In this document: positions 25,634-33,613 of the stretch, piece by piece
Numbering within the stretch: the stretch's first letter is position 1
Layout of the letters: each line of letters starts with the position of its first letter
Source: a virus
IMG/VR virus record: IMGVR_UViG_3300029750_000003
Coordinates: 1 to 45,646 of that record
Reading direction: 5' to 3' (one strand)
DNA length: 45,646 nt
Notes under the pieces: generated by a model
What the model was told of the DNA's origin: nothing
Seen by the model: the letters and a program-made list of their open reading frames with translations, nothing else
The model's database searches: none
Translations under genes and position numbers: made by a program

Positions 25634-25928
25634 TGTTTAGCGCCTCCAGTCTCTTTCTCAGTTCCTCCCACGCCTCTGGGGTGAGAGGGCGACCACATTG
25701 AGAACAGTATTGGTGTCCCCACCGCTCCCATGCGATTGCTGTATCAGCTGCTTTGCAACGGTCACACCCCGGCCACAGCCGCTCCACCTGCTCCCGGCTG
25801 ACGGGGCGGAGGGCGGAGAGGGCCATATCAATAGCATCCCAATAAGACAGCCCATCTTCCCGGTCATCCCAGTCCGGAGTCCACCGCTGTATAGTTTTCA
25901 GGCACTCAATCGCTTCTTCCCGCGTCAT
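25620..25928 (-). CDS. Hypothetical protein with CDRC...CSQC zinc-ribbon
   Basis: ORF track, 102 aa. Confidence 0.6.
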   Translation of the reverse strand: MTREEAIECLKTIQRWTPDWDDREDGLSYWDAIDMALSALRPVSREQVERLWPGCDRCKAADTAIAWERWGHQYCSQCGRPLTPEAWEELRKRLEALNNDKK

Positions 25929-26233
25929 GGCTTGACCTCCAATCTCTGCAATTCCTCCGCGCTCAGAATCGGCGCGCGGGTGTTCCAGGCGAGCATAACC
26001 TCATACTCAGTGTCATATCGCCCTCCATAGTCAACATCCCATCCGAACATCATTTCACATTCGTTGCAAGAAACGCTATAAACATGGTTCCTTGATGGGC
26101 GCAATAATCTTGGGCCATATGCTACAACTTCCGCTTCTCCCCCGCAGAACGGGCACGGAACCAGCACCCCCGCCTCCGTCAGCCGCTTGGCTGCCTCTTT
26201 ATTGCCAAGCAGGGCTAATTTGATATCATCCAC
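25925..26233 (-). CDS. Lar-family (restriction alleviation)-like protein
   Basis: GTG 7 nt after GGAGGT. PCPFCGGEAEVV...SVSCNECEMMFG...EVMLAWNTRAP matches the remembered Lar-family pattern (CPFCGG ... C..C ... AWN.R). Confidence 0.6.
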   Translation of the reverse strand: MDDIKLALLGNKEAAKRLTEAGVLVPCPFCGGEAEVVAYGPRLLRPSRNHVYSVSCNECEMMFGWDVDYGGRYDTEYEVMLAWNTRAPILSAEELQRLEVKP

Positions 26234-26825
26234 CACAGATACCTCCCCATTGTTCGGCCATCGCCTTTGCCAATCCAGGAAACGTCTTGGCTCTGTTTTT
26301 CTGACGGTCTTTCCCGCCTCGCATAAACCACGTACCGGCCTCATGGCAGCCGCACTCCGGGTCTACGATGTCTGTCGGTTCCAATGGCGGCAGACCCTTC
26401 AGCCACAGACGGGTCTTTTTCTGTACTGGATGCCCGAACATCCAGGGCTGCACCTCCTGGCTGTGCGGCGGCATTTCATAAATTCTGCTTGATACTGGAT
26501 TTTCAACACAGATTTTCGGGCAGTCCGCGTCCAGAAATTTCAGAAAAAACTCCTTTGCCTCCAAACCTTTCTGGTATCGCTCCTGATTGAGGATGCCGCC
26601 GCGAAACAGGTGCTTAGCACCAGCGTTTGACAAGTATGTACAGGGTGGAAACGCCAGAATCATATCCCACTGTATTTTCAGCAACTCCAGCGCGTCACAT
26701 CTCAGATGCCACTCCGGATGCCCCCCGCTGCACGGCTCAATGTCGCAACTGTACGCCTCATGCCCCAGCGCCCGGAACGCTTTGCAGACTTCCTGCGACT
26801 CCTCACAGGCCACCAACACCCTCAT
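26226..26825 (-). CDS. Short C5-cytosine DNA methyltransferase-like protein
   Basis: 199 aa. FPPCTYLS (PC motif IV-like) and CVENPV (ENV motif VI-like). The N-terminus VLVACEESQ replaces the canonical FxGxG. No target-recognition or C-terminal half. Confidence 0.45.
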   Translation of the reverse strand: MRVLVACEESQEVCKAFRALGHEAYSCDIEPCSGGHPEWHLRCDALELLKIQWDMILAFPPCTYLSNAGAKHLFRGGILNQERYQKGLEAKEFFLKFLDADCPKICVENPVSSRIYEMPPHSQEVQPWMFGHPVQKKTRLWLKGLPPLEPTDIVDPECGCHEAGTWFMRGGKDRQKNRAKTFPGLAKAMAEQWGGICGG

Positions 26826-26864
26826 AGCTTAGCCGCCTCGTGATCACCCAGCAGGGCGCGCGTC

Positions 26865-27293
26865 TTATCGTCCACCGTTTGGCACCTCCTTGGCTGCTTT
26901 CCAGCGCTCTTTTCTGCTGCACGTCCCGCCGGCCGCATCACAAATGCTCTTGGACGAGCATCGTTCACATGGCCCAGCCTTAAAAAAATCTTTCATGTAC
27001 ATCGCGGTGGTTGATATGCTGTATCCGGTGGCCTGGGATATCTCCTCCGGCCCATGCCCGTCCAGCGCCATGCGCTCCAGCAAATCGCGGGACGGTTTTG
27101 GCTTTTTCGCTCTGGTATGTAGGAGGCAGCCAACTCTTTTGGGGTTACAGTCCGGCAGCGGGCACTGTCCACAGATTGCCGCCTCCTCCGCGTCCCGCTC
27201 CGTAATATTGCGTTCCACGATCGGCTCCATCGCGTCCAGGCTGCGCCAGGGTGCCACCGCTCCGCTGATGCCGTAGGGGTCTCTGGTGATCAC
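26865..27293 (-). CDS. Putative DNA-binding protein: HTH flanked by Cys clusters
   Basis: GTG 7 nt after GGAGGTGA, with a GTGA overlap onto the RusA-like stop. CGQCPLPDC ... LERMALDGHGPEEISQATGYSISTTAMYMK ... CERCSSKSIC. Confidence 0.55.
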   Translation of the reverse strand: MITRDPYGISGAVAPWRSLDAMEPIVERNITERDAEEAAICGQCPLPDCNPKRVGCLLHTRAKKPKPSRDLLERMALDGHGPEEISQATGYSISTTAMYMKDFFKAGPCERCSSKSICDAAGGTCSRKERWKAAKEVPNGGR

Positions 27294-27670
27294 AGCTCCG
27301 TCACCTCCACCCGAATACATCCCCCGTCCCAAAGCCTATGTATGACCTGCCTGTACCAGCGGTGATCGTCGTCGGGCAGCAGGTATCCCTTGAGCGCGTC
27401 CACCACGGCTTTGGCGATTGCTGCGTGGTTGTCAATGTCCAGCCCGTCGTCCCATGCAAAGGTGATGGAGACCGGCCCACGTACCATCCCGCGCCTCACA
27501 CGGGCCTGTTTCAGCGCGACCAGGGTCAGCGCATGGAGCTCGTCGGCGTCCTTCTTCCGCTGCGCCCAGTGCTTGCCGGAGTAGTAGGCGTTCAGCCCAA
27601 ACCGGCGGCAGAAGGCCGACTTGCCCTTCTTCGTGGGCGGGTATGGTATGTTAAACGTGATTTTCTCCAT
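27290..27670 (-). CDS. RusA-like Holliday junction resolvase
   Basis: 126 aa. DIDNHAAIAKAVVDALKGYLLPDDD resembles the RusA catalytic Asp region. Confidence 0.65.
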   Translation of the reverse strand: MEKITFNIPYPPTKKGKSAFCRRFGLNAYYSGKHWAQRKKDADELHALTLVALKQARVRRGMVRGPVSITFAWDDGLDIDNHAAIAKAVVDALKGYLLPDDDHRWYRQVIHRLWDGGCIRVEVTEL

Positions 27671-27818
27671 CGTTCCGCTCCAACACTAGGGCAAACAGCG
27701 CATAGGCCACCTCGAAATGCCCCTTCGCCAATTCTACTCCGCCTCCGTCCAACGCAAAAATACCGATTTTCATATGACGCATGGCCTCTTCCGCCGCTAT
27801 GCCTATCGCCTTATCCAT
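27651..27818 (-). CDS. Small hypothetical protein (55 aa; below the track cutoff)
   Basis: My translation: MDKAIGIAAEEAMRHMKIGIFALDGGGVELAKGHFEVAYALFALVLERNDGENHV. The ATG overlaps the helicase stop (ATGGATAA). Confidence 0.4.
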   Translation of the reverse strand: MDKAIGIAAEEAMRHMKIGIFALDGGGVELAKGHFEVAYALFALVLERNDGENHV

Positions 27819-29079
27819 GTCCATCTCTGGCTGCCTCCCAACTATATCTCTTTGTCGGGTTTCCTCCCGCGTCGTAGTATCTCCGTGATTTGGTGTCGAA
27901 CATCAACGGGATTACCTCGCGGCTGCCGGTCTCTCTGGCCTTGATAATCCTGATCCTGGAGTCAACTTCGTCAGATTCTTTTGCCCGCTCAACAGAAAAA
28001 ACATTGTCAGCGAGGTTGGTAATCTCCGCCGCCCCCGCAACGTCGTCTGCTGTCAGTCCCCGCTCCTCTCCAGCCTTCCTGGGATGGGCCACCAGATGCA
28101 CATGTACATCGTGGCGTTTTGCGAAGGCGCTGAGTCTCTGCGTAAAAGCTTTCTGGGCCCCATAATGACCAAGCTCCACTTCTCCCTTCAGACTTGCGGT
28201 CATGATGTTGTCCACCAAGTACACCGAACACCCGTATCGGCGGTAGGCATACTCAAACAGGCGCAGTATGTTGTCCTCGTCATGGGCATTTGACTGTCGC
28301 AAATCGGTCAGGAGAAAGCTCCCTTCCAGCCATTGGTCAATCGCCCGAACAGCTTCTTTTGACGGCGCGTACTCCATCCGCCCCGTTCTGGGGTCTGGCT
28401 GCTCTACAAGATTCCTCGGCCCTGCGATCTGCGGCAGCACAAACCGTTTGAACTGCCTCGCCGGGAGCTCCCCGGAATAGGCACATACAGTTCGGTTCTG
28501 GTTGATTGATTCCACGAGCATCTGCCCGAGAAGCGTCGATTTCCCTTCGCCGCGCCTGCCTGTCCATACTGACAATTCGCCTCCCCGGAATCCGCCGGTG
28601 CAGTAGTCCAGCGGCACCAGCCCGGACATCATGCGGTTTTGCGAAATGGGCGCGTCCATCTCCACTTGCGACAGGTCAATCAGCCCCGGCCTCGGCACAT
28701 CCAAAGCGCCAAACAAAAGGCTTTCTACCGCCTTTGGGCCAGCATTGTCCAGCAATTCGACCACTGATTCATTCCCGCGAAACGCCGCCTTATCCGCCAC
28801 AAGGATAGTGACCGGCACCCACTTCTGGAGCTGGCCTACAATCTCTTCCCGGTCTGCATCGTTTGGTGTTGCGACGAACACATAGCAGAACTGGGTGATA
28901 AACTCCGTGCAGGCAGCTAAGTCCTCCCAAGCCGCGTATCTGTTCTTGCACACGGCGTTAATACCAACCGCCGCCGCGTCCTCCGGCGTAGCGCACCACC
29001 AAAGTCCTGTCGGCAGGGATGGGTCAATCATTTCTGCCCGGAATGTCAGCAGCAGTGAAATATCGCTCTGGCTGGTCAT
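27811..29079 (-). CDS. DnaB-like replicative helicase (RecA-fold ATPase; possibly with a Toprim-like N-terminal region)
   Basis: Walker A GRRGEGKST, Walker B VYLVDNI, and HVHLVAHPRK. Confidence 0.75.
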   Translation of the reverse strand: MTSQSDISLLLTFRAEMIDPSLPTGLWWCATPEDAAAVGINAVCKNRYAAWEDLAACTEFITQFCYVFVATPNDADREEIVGQLQKWVPVTILVADKAAFRGNESVVELLDNAGPKAVESLLFGALDVPRPGLIDLSQVEMDAPISQNRMMSGLVPLDYCTGGFRGGELSVWTGRRGEGKSTLLGQMLVESINQNRTVCAYSGELPARQFKRFVLPQIAGPRNLVEQPDPRTGRMEYAPSKEAVRAIDQWLEGSFLLTDLRQSNAHDEDNILRLFEYAYRRYGCSVYLVDNIMTASLKGEVELGHYGAQKAFTQRLSAFAKRHDVHVHLVAHPRKAGEERGLTADDVAGAAEITNLADNVFSVERAKESDEVDSRIRIIKARETGSREVIPLMFDTKSRRYYDAGGNPTKRYSWEAARDGHG

Positions 29080-29683
29080 GGTTCCCCCCCTTCCTGCGCT
29101 TCTCCCACGTCCGCACAGCAGCTTTCCAGTCTTTCATTTTGGCCTTCCCCAGCATCCACCCTCTGGCCGCGTAGTAGTCCACAAACTCCTGCGGGTCTAT
29201 GCCGTTTTTGCGTGCAAGGCAGTATTCTCTCACCTCGTCCACCGTGGGAGGAACAAACACTTTTCTTTTTGACTCCGTAGGAGTCTTTTCTTTTGTCTTA
29301 GTCTTAGTCTTATATATGGGTAAAGTTTCTTGTAAAGGATTCTGTAAAGGAAACTGTAAAGGTTTATGTAACGTTTCCTGTAAAGAATCAATACCAGAAT
29401 TTGATTGTTCCGATAGGGAATAGCGGCTCGGGGCCCCTTTTTTCCCTTGCTGGTATCGGATAAATCCAGCCTTTACAAGCTCGTCCCTCGCTCTGTAAGC
29501 GGATGGCTTTGACAATCCATTTGTCATTACCTGCAACCGAATGGTGTCTACTGGAACCCACTCAGGCCACCCAGCCCGGTTAAATACGTTCAGCAGCCTG
29601 AAGTACAAGACCTGCGCCGGAAGCGTCAAGTGGTTGTTTTCGATCCAACGGTTGAACTCATTAAGGTAATCAATGTAAGTCAA
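29024..29683 (-). CDS. Replisome organiser / replication initiator (DnaD-like N-terminal wHTH)
   Basis: 219 aa. The C-terminal VDYYAARGWMLGKAKMKDWKAAVRTWE motif is common in phage replication proteins. An iteron array lies in the central linker. Confidence 0.65.
   Translation of the reverse strand: MTYIDYLNEFNRWIENNHLTLPAQVLYFRLLNVFNRAGWPEWVPVDTIRLQVMTNGLSKPSAYRARDELVKAGFIRYQQGKKGAPSRYSLSEQSNSGIDSLQETLHKPLQFPLQNPLQETLPIYKTKTKTKEKTPTESKRKVFVPPTVDEVREYCLARKNGIDPQEFVDYYAARGWMLGKAKMKDWKAAVRTWEKRRKGGNHDQPERYFTAADIPGRND
29331..29386. repeat. Five 12-bp-phased iterons (TGTAAAGG-type) inside the organiser gene; candidate ori
   Basis: TGTAAAGG at 29331, 29343 and 29355, TGTAACG at 29367, TGTAAAGA at 29379. 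The adjacent gtctta x3 (29294-29311) and tatatat are AT-rich. Confidence 0.75.
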
Positions 29684-29695
29684 CCCATCACCGCC

Positions 29696-30109
29696 CTAGA
29701 ACGGGAGCTCTCCGTCGTCGTCCACCTCCGAGAACTCCTGCCCATTCTGTTCTGGAAATTCAGACTCTGGTGCGTTCCCCTCCGACTTCCGGCTGTCGCC
29801 AAAGTACACACTATCAGCCACAACCTCCAGGCTCGACCGCTTGTTCCCGTCCTTGTCTGTCCAGATGTTGGTTTGCAATCTGCCGTCTACCACAGCCATG
29901 CGGCCCTTGGAGAAATATTTGCTTACAAACTCCGCCGTGGAGCGCCATGCGGTCACATTAACCCAATCGGTGGTTTTTTCGCCAGTGGCCTTGTCTTTAA
30001 AATCCCGGTCAACCGCGATGGAGAAACTGACCACCGAGACACCGGACTGCGTGTGACGCAGTTCGATGTCCTTTCCAATGCGGCCCTGGATCACAACCCT
30101 ATTTAGCAT
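29696..30109 (-). CDS. ssb: Single-stranded DNA-binding protein
   Basis: N-terminal OB-fold (MLNRVVIQGRIGKDIELRHTQSG..) and acidic tail DDDGELPF. Confidence 0.95.
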   Translation of the reverse strand: MLNRVVIQGRIGKDIELRHTQSGVSVVSFSIAVDRDFKDKATGEKTTDWVNVTAWRSTAEFVSKYFSKGRMAVVDGRLQTNIWTDKDGNKRSSLEVVADSVYFGDSRKSEGNAPESEFPEQNGQEFSEVDDDGELPF

Positions 30110-30414
30110 TTTGGCCCTTCTTTCTTGTATATCAATTTTGATTCATCCCATCCTGGGTATAAAGTGCGGAGGTAGTCCTGCATCTGCTTATGAAGCGGAC
30201 CATCCGCCCCCTCGTTGTCAAATGCCGCATGGCACCGCTGGCAGCCTGTCCAAATGTTCTCTGGAATCCCAAGACCGCCCTGACTCCGCCGTATGTAATG
30301 ACAGTGTGGCCCCGCATTGATGGAGCCGCAGAGTACGCACCGCCCAAAATCCCTCTCCCATACGGCCTTTTTGGTTGCCGCGGATATGGCGGTGGCCTTA
30401 GTCTCTCGATGCAC
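30103..30414 (-). CDS. HNH endonuclease-like protein
   Basis: GTG 7 nt after GGGAG. CVLCGS...HCHYIRRSQGG...CQRCH. The track ORF extends upstream into the preceding gene. Confidence 0.6.
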   Translation of the reverse strand: MHRETKATAISAATKKAVWERDFGRCVLCGSINAGPHCHYIRRSQGGLGIPENIWTGCQRCHAAFDNEGADGPLHKQMQDYLRTLYPGWDESKLIYKKEGPKC

Positions 30415-30739
30415 GCCCCCACTCCCTTTCCAACTGCGCGTCCAGGATGCGAATTTGCAGTTTGTAGCCCTGTATGGCCTCCCGTGCGGATTCGTACACT
30501 GTCTGCGCAATATCTCTTTCCAAGCGTAGTCGGGCGATCTCCGCGTCACCACGGCAAATATCAGAGATAATAGTTACAGGCGTGCCCTCCGCCCTGGCCT
30601 CCAGAACAGCTTTTCGGAGGGCTACCCTGTAATCGCGTTCCGCCTGCGCATATGCTCTGCCGCGGGCTCCGAGCTGCCCGATTGCCTTATCCAGGAGTGC
30701 GGACTTTGCGCCGATCTCGTTTATCAGCTCATAGCCCAT
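30398..30739 (-). CDS. Hypothetical helical protein (113 aa) in the recombination module
   Basis: ORF track. Confidence 0.65.
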   Translation of the reverse strand: MGYELINEIGAKSALLDKAIGQLGARGRAYAQAERDYRVALRKAVLEARAEGTPVTIISDICRGDAEIARLRLERDIAQTVYESAREAIQGYKLQIRILDAQLEREWGRASRD

Positions 30740-31245
30740 ACAAACGCCCGCTTTCCTGTCCGGTTGTTCAGGATAGATAAACCGGAAATCCTACGGTTGT
30801 CACCATAAGCAATTTTCTCAACCGAGAAGGTGTCGAAGGTACGAAACTTCCCATTGGATTCCAGGATGTTCATTTTCTCAGAGGGTACCCAAATAAACGG
30901 GGCGGTATAAAGCTCTCTGCCAATGCCCCATCGGAACCCAGCACGTTTGAATGCGTCGCTTGCCTCCCCCTTTTTCTCGTTGCCCTCGCCGTCCTCCCTG
31001 GACTCTATTCCACAATCCCACTTCCACGTCCAGGCGTCTCCCTCACGGATGGCAATCCCACAATACAGGTTCCCTTTGATTTCCCGGTAATCGTTCGTCC
31101 AGTTTTCAGAGCCAACCGTCTCATCCAGGATATCCATATCCGTCCTGGCCGTCTTATAAAGCAGGAGAACCGCCCCATTCTTTTTGACCTGCTTGACCTT
31201 CACTTCAATGTCGGAAGCCTCCAGCAGACGGAACTTGTCCATCAC
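30724..31245 (-). CDS. Rad52/Sak-like single-strand annealing protein
   Basis: KKGEASDAFKRAGFRWGIGRELY is the characteristic Rad52-family SSAP motif. Confidence 0.65.
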   Translation of the reverse strand: MMDKFRLLEASDIEVKVKQVKKNGAVLLLYKTARTDMDILDETVGSENWTNDYREIKGNLYCGIAIREGDAWTWKWDCGIESREDGEGNEKKGEASDAFKRAGFRWGIGRELYTAPFIWVPSEKMNILESNGKFRTFDTFSVEKIAYGDNRRISGLSILNNRTGKRAFVWAMS

Positions 31246-31730
31246 TTCACCCCCACACTGCGGCCTTGCTCAATCGAGGCATATGGAACGGGCACGCCCT
31301 CCTTAATGAGCTTGCCAATGCCAGTCTTGCTGACCTCTGGTTCCTTGTACTTGACGCACTCCGCATCATAGCCGTTCTGCTCCAGCCAGCGGATCAGGGC
31401 CTCCGGATTGGACACCTGAATGGACGAGGTTTTGCGGAAAGTGACGGAGCACCTGGCCGTCTGGAACTTCTCGCCGGCTAATGCAAGGGACAGATAGGAT
31501 TTCAGCCGTTCCGCCTTGTTCTCCAGGGCCTTTCTGCGCTCATTGAGCGTGTCTGCCTCCTCCTTGATTGCCTTGGCGTCGGCCATCAAATCCTTGTACC
31601 AAAGGGCCATATTCTCAATCTTAGCGTCCCGATCCATCTGGAGCGCAGCAAACGCCTCATAGTCCATTAGTTCCCCTGTCTCCGGGTCTACCAGACCTTG
31701 AATCGCCTGGTCAATTTCATACAGTGTCAT
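31242..31730 (-). CDS. Siphovirus Gp157-like protein
   Basis: 162 aa. YEIDQAIQGLVDPETGE...ERRKALENKAERLKSYL is typical of the Gp157 family found next to phage SSAPs. Confidence 0.65.
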   Translation of the reverse strand: MTLYEIDQAIQGLVDPETGELMDYEAFAALQMDRDAKIENMALWYKDLMADAKAIKEEADTLNERRKALENKAERLKSYLSLALAGEKFQTARCSVTFRKTSSIQVSNPEALIRWLEQNGYDAECVKYKEPEVSKTGIGKLIKEGVPVPYASIEQGRSVGVK

Positions 31731-31860
31731 TTTGTTCCTCCTTACATTTCTGGCACATTTCTTCGTTTTGGTAAAGTTCTGCTCCGCAATTTGGGCAATT
31801 CCCTGCGGTTGGATCCTGTTGCATATCCCGGTATGGTGAAAACGGAAGCCACCACTCCAT
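31717..31860 (-). CDS. Small zinc-ribbon protein
   Basis: Internal ATG one nt after the upstream stop. CPNCGAELYQNEEMCQKC. No clear RBS, so the start is uncertain. Confidence 0.4.
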   Translation of the reverse strand: MEWWLPFSPYRDMQQDPTAGNCPNCGAELYQNEEMCQKCKEEQNDTV

Positions 31861-31861
31861 A

Positions 31862-32044
31862 TCAGGCAATCGCCGGAAGCACCGCCCGCTGGCAGCCATC
31901 CTCGCCCATATAAAGAAATCCGGTTCGGCCATCTGACAGACGGATATGTACTGTCCCGTCCAGGGCGTTAATCTCGTCGATTGGATAGCCGATATTCTCC
32001 ATTGCCCAGCGCAGCAGGGCGGAAATATTTGTGGTATTCAGCAT
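31862..32044 (-). CDS. Hypothetical protein (60 aa)
   Basis: Strong RBS: GAAGGAGGGAAAGTCA then ATG. Confidence 0.65.
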   Translation of the reverse strand: MLNTTNISALLRWAMENIGYPIDEINALDGTVHIRLSDGRTGFLYMGEDGCQRAVLPAIA

Positions 32045-32132
32045 TGACTTTCCCTCCTTCGTGCCCTAAAATAAGGGCAGATGTTCTTTCTCTTGCCGCC
32101 CTCCGGTCTCGCACACCGGGGAGCGGCGCTTT

Positions 32133-32864
32133 TTATTCGTAAATAACGGCCTCCGCCCGTGTAATAAAGTGATGAATGCCAGTAGAGCACTCGTTCCATC
32201 GGTTATCGTCGAAATCAGTCACCTCAACGGTTTCGCCTATGGCATAAACAAAGTTCGGATCATAATTGCTCTTTACCTGGCCGCCAGCAGGATTTCCGTT
32301 GATATCTGTGATACTCAATACCTTGGCCTTACTGGCGCGGCATTTTCGGCTAGTAGCGGAGGCCCGGCGTGCATCTGCGGGGATTTCCAACTCCACAACA
32401 AGGCCACTTGCCTTTTTATAGCCGATATAAGAGCCGGATTCCGGACATTGCAACGGATAGAACACCGTATAAATATTCCACATCATTTGATCTATAGATG
32501 CCCCGCACAGGTCGGCACGGCGCAGGTCGGCATTGCGCAGGTCGGCATTGCGCAGGTTGGCATCGCTCAGGTTGGCACCGAACAGGTCGGCATTGCACAG
32601 GTTGGCATCGCTCAGGTTGGCACCGCGCAGGTTGGCACCGAACAGGTCGGCACCGCGCAGGTCGGCACAGCGCAGGTCGGCATCGCGCAGGTCGGCATTG
32701 CTCAGGTTGGCACCGCGCAGGTTGGCACCGAACAGGTCGGCATCGCTCAGGTTGGCATCGCTCAGGTTGGCACCGAACAGGTCGGCACCGCGCAGGTTGG
32801 CACGGCTGCCGCCCTCTCCATTCAGCCAAAGGAGATGCTCGTCCAAAATCTTTTTTAAGTCCAT
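32133..32864 (-). CDS. Pentapeptide-repeat protein with a ~115-aa C-terminal domain
   Basis: About 21 consecutive A(D/N)L(x)x pentapeptides ([23 protein letters not shown]...), then a C-terminal domain ending [22 protein letters not shown]. Confidence 0.9.
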   Translation of the reverse strand: MDLKKILDEHLLWLNGEGGSRANLRGADLFGANLSDANLSDADLFGANLRGANLSNADLRDADLRCADLRGADLFGANLRGANLSDANLCNADLFGANLSDANLRNADLRNADLRRADLCGASIDQMMWNIYTVFYPLQCPESGSYIGYKKASGLVVELEIPADARRASATSRKCRASKAKVLSITDINGNPAGGQVKSNYDPNFVYAIGETVEVTDFDDNRWNECSTGIHHFITRAEAVIYE

Positions 32865-32876
32865 TTTGCTCCCTCC

Positions 32877-33107
32877 TCAATGTGGGATTTCAATGACCGC
32901 CCACACGTCGTCGATGCTCTCCGCGCCCTCCAGTCCGGTGATCTGGATGGTGAGCGGTCCGGTGGGCGTGGGGGACGGGGTGGTGGTTACTGCCGGGGTT
33001 TCAATGGCTGGCTGCTCCGGCTCCTGGTTCCAGATGATTTCAACTAGTGCAACCAGCGCCAGCAGCAGAAAGAGATATGCAATGGTCACGATCAGTTGTT
33101 TCTTCAT
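32877..33107 (-). CDS. Single-pass membrane protein (76 aa)
   Basis: [26 protein letters not shown], then a Pro/Thr-rich region. ATGA overlap with the preceding small ORF. Preferred over the 135-aa track ORF. Confidence 0.55.
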   Translation of the reverse strand: MKKQLIVTIAYLFLLLALVALVEIIWNQEPEQPAIETPAVTTTPSPTPTGPLTIQITGLEGAESIDDVWAVIEIPH

Positions 33108-33265
33108 AGGCTGACCGCCACCAGAATAGCCAGCACCAGCGCCGCTCCGGCAACCACCGCCAGTTGTACCCGCTGGGCCACCGCCTGCGCCTGCTGTACC
33201 CGGCGGCGGTAGGCCCGGTAGCTGTACGCCTTTGCGCGCCTGTCGCGCTCGGTTTGTGCTCCCAT
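33104..33265 (-). CDS. Small basic membrane protein (53 aa; below the track cutoff)
   Basis: My translation: [53 protein letters not shown]. Confidence 0.5.
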   Translation of the reverse strand: MGAQTERDRRAKAYSYRAYRRRVQQAQAVAQRVQLAVVAGAALVLAILVAVSL

Positions 33266-33283
33266 AATTTTCACTCTCTTTCA

Positions 33284-33613
33284 TTAGTTGAAAAGCTCTG
33301 TCTTGAAATCGCTCATTTCGCTTTGAATGGTGCTCGCCACCGCCGTCCGTATCATGTGTACGATGGTTTCGTAGTCAAAGCACGGTACGCCCTCCCGCTT
33401 GTACTTAACCAGCCCGCCGGGGCTGATCTTGTATGTAAGCGCCTTGTCCTTGACCGCAATCCCGAAGGTTGCCCGGCCCTCTCTGAGCGCCAGCCTTACC
33501 GTCTGTTCCGGCCAGTCTAAATACCGGGCCGCAACGTCCACTGGAACATTGTCATACGCTAGTATCTCAGCGTCCGTTGGGATCGGCGGCCGCGCTCTGG
33601 TTCTTGGCCTCAT
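33284..33613 (-). CDS. Putative DNA-binding protein (excisionase/HTH_17-like)
   Basis: ATG 8 nt after GGGAGG. VPVDVAARYLDWPEQTVRLALREGR is HTH-like. Confidence 0.55.
   Translation of the reverse strand: MRPRTRARPPIPTDAEILAYDNVPVDVAARYLDWPEQTVRLALREGRATFGIAVKDKALTYKISPGGLVKYKREGVPCFDYETIVHMIRTAVASTIQSEMSDFKTELFN

Noticed and set aside
32489-32807. Highly regular 15-nt tandem repeats (gcgcaggtcggcatt-type units) that could be mistaken for a CRISPR array or a non-coding VNTR
   Set aside because: There are no unique spacers. The units are contiguous and lie in frame within a 243-aa ORF that has a strong RBS. They encode canonical pentapeptide repeats. The three long overlapping ORFs in other frames or on the other strand are by-products of the repeat.
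32877-33284. 135-aa ORF as a single gene
   Set aside because: The N-terminal half is Gly/Ala/Pro-rich out-of-frame-looking sequence. Two short ORFs with TM helices and an ATGA coupling explain the region better. Confidence in that alternative is still moderate.
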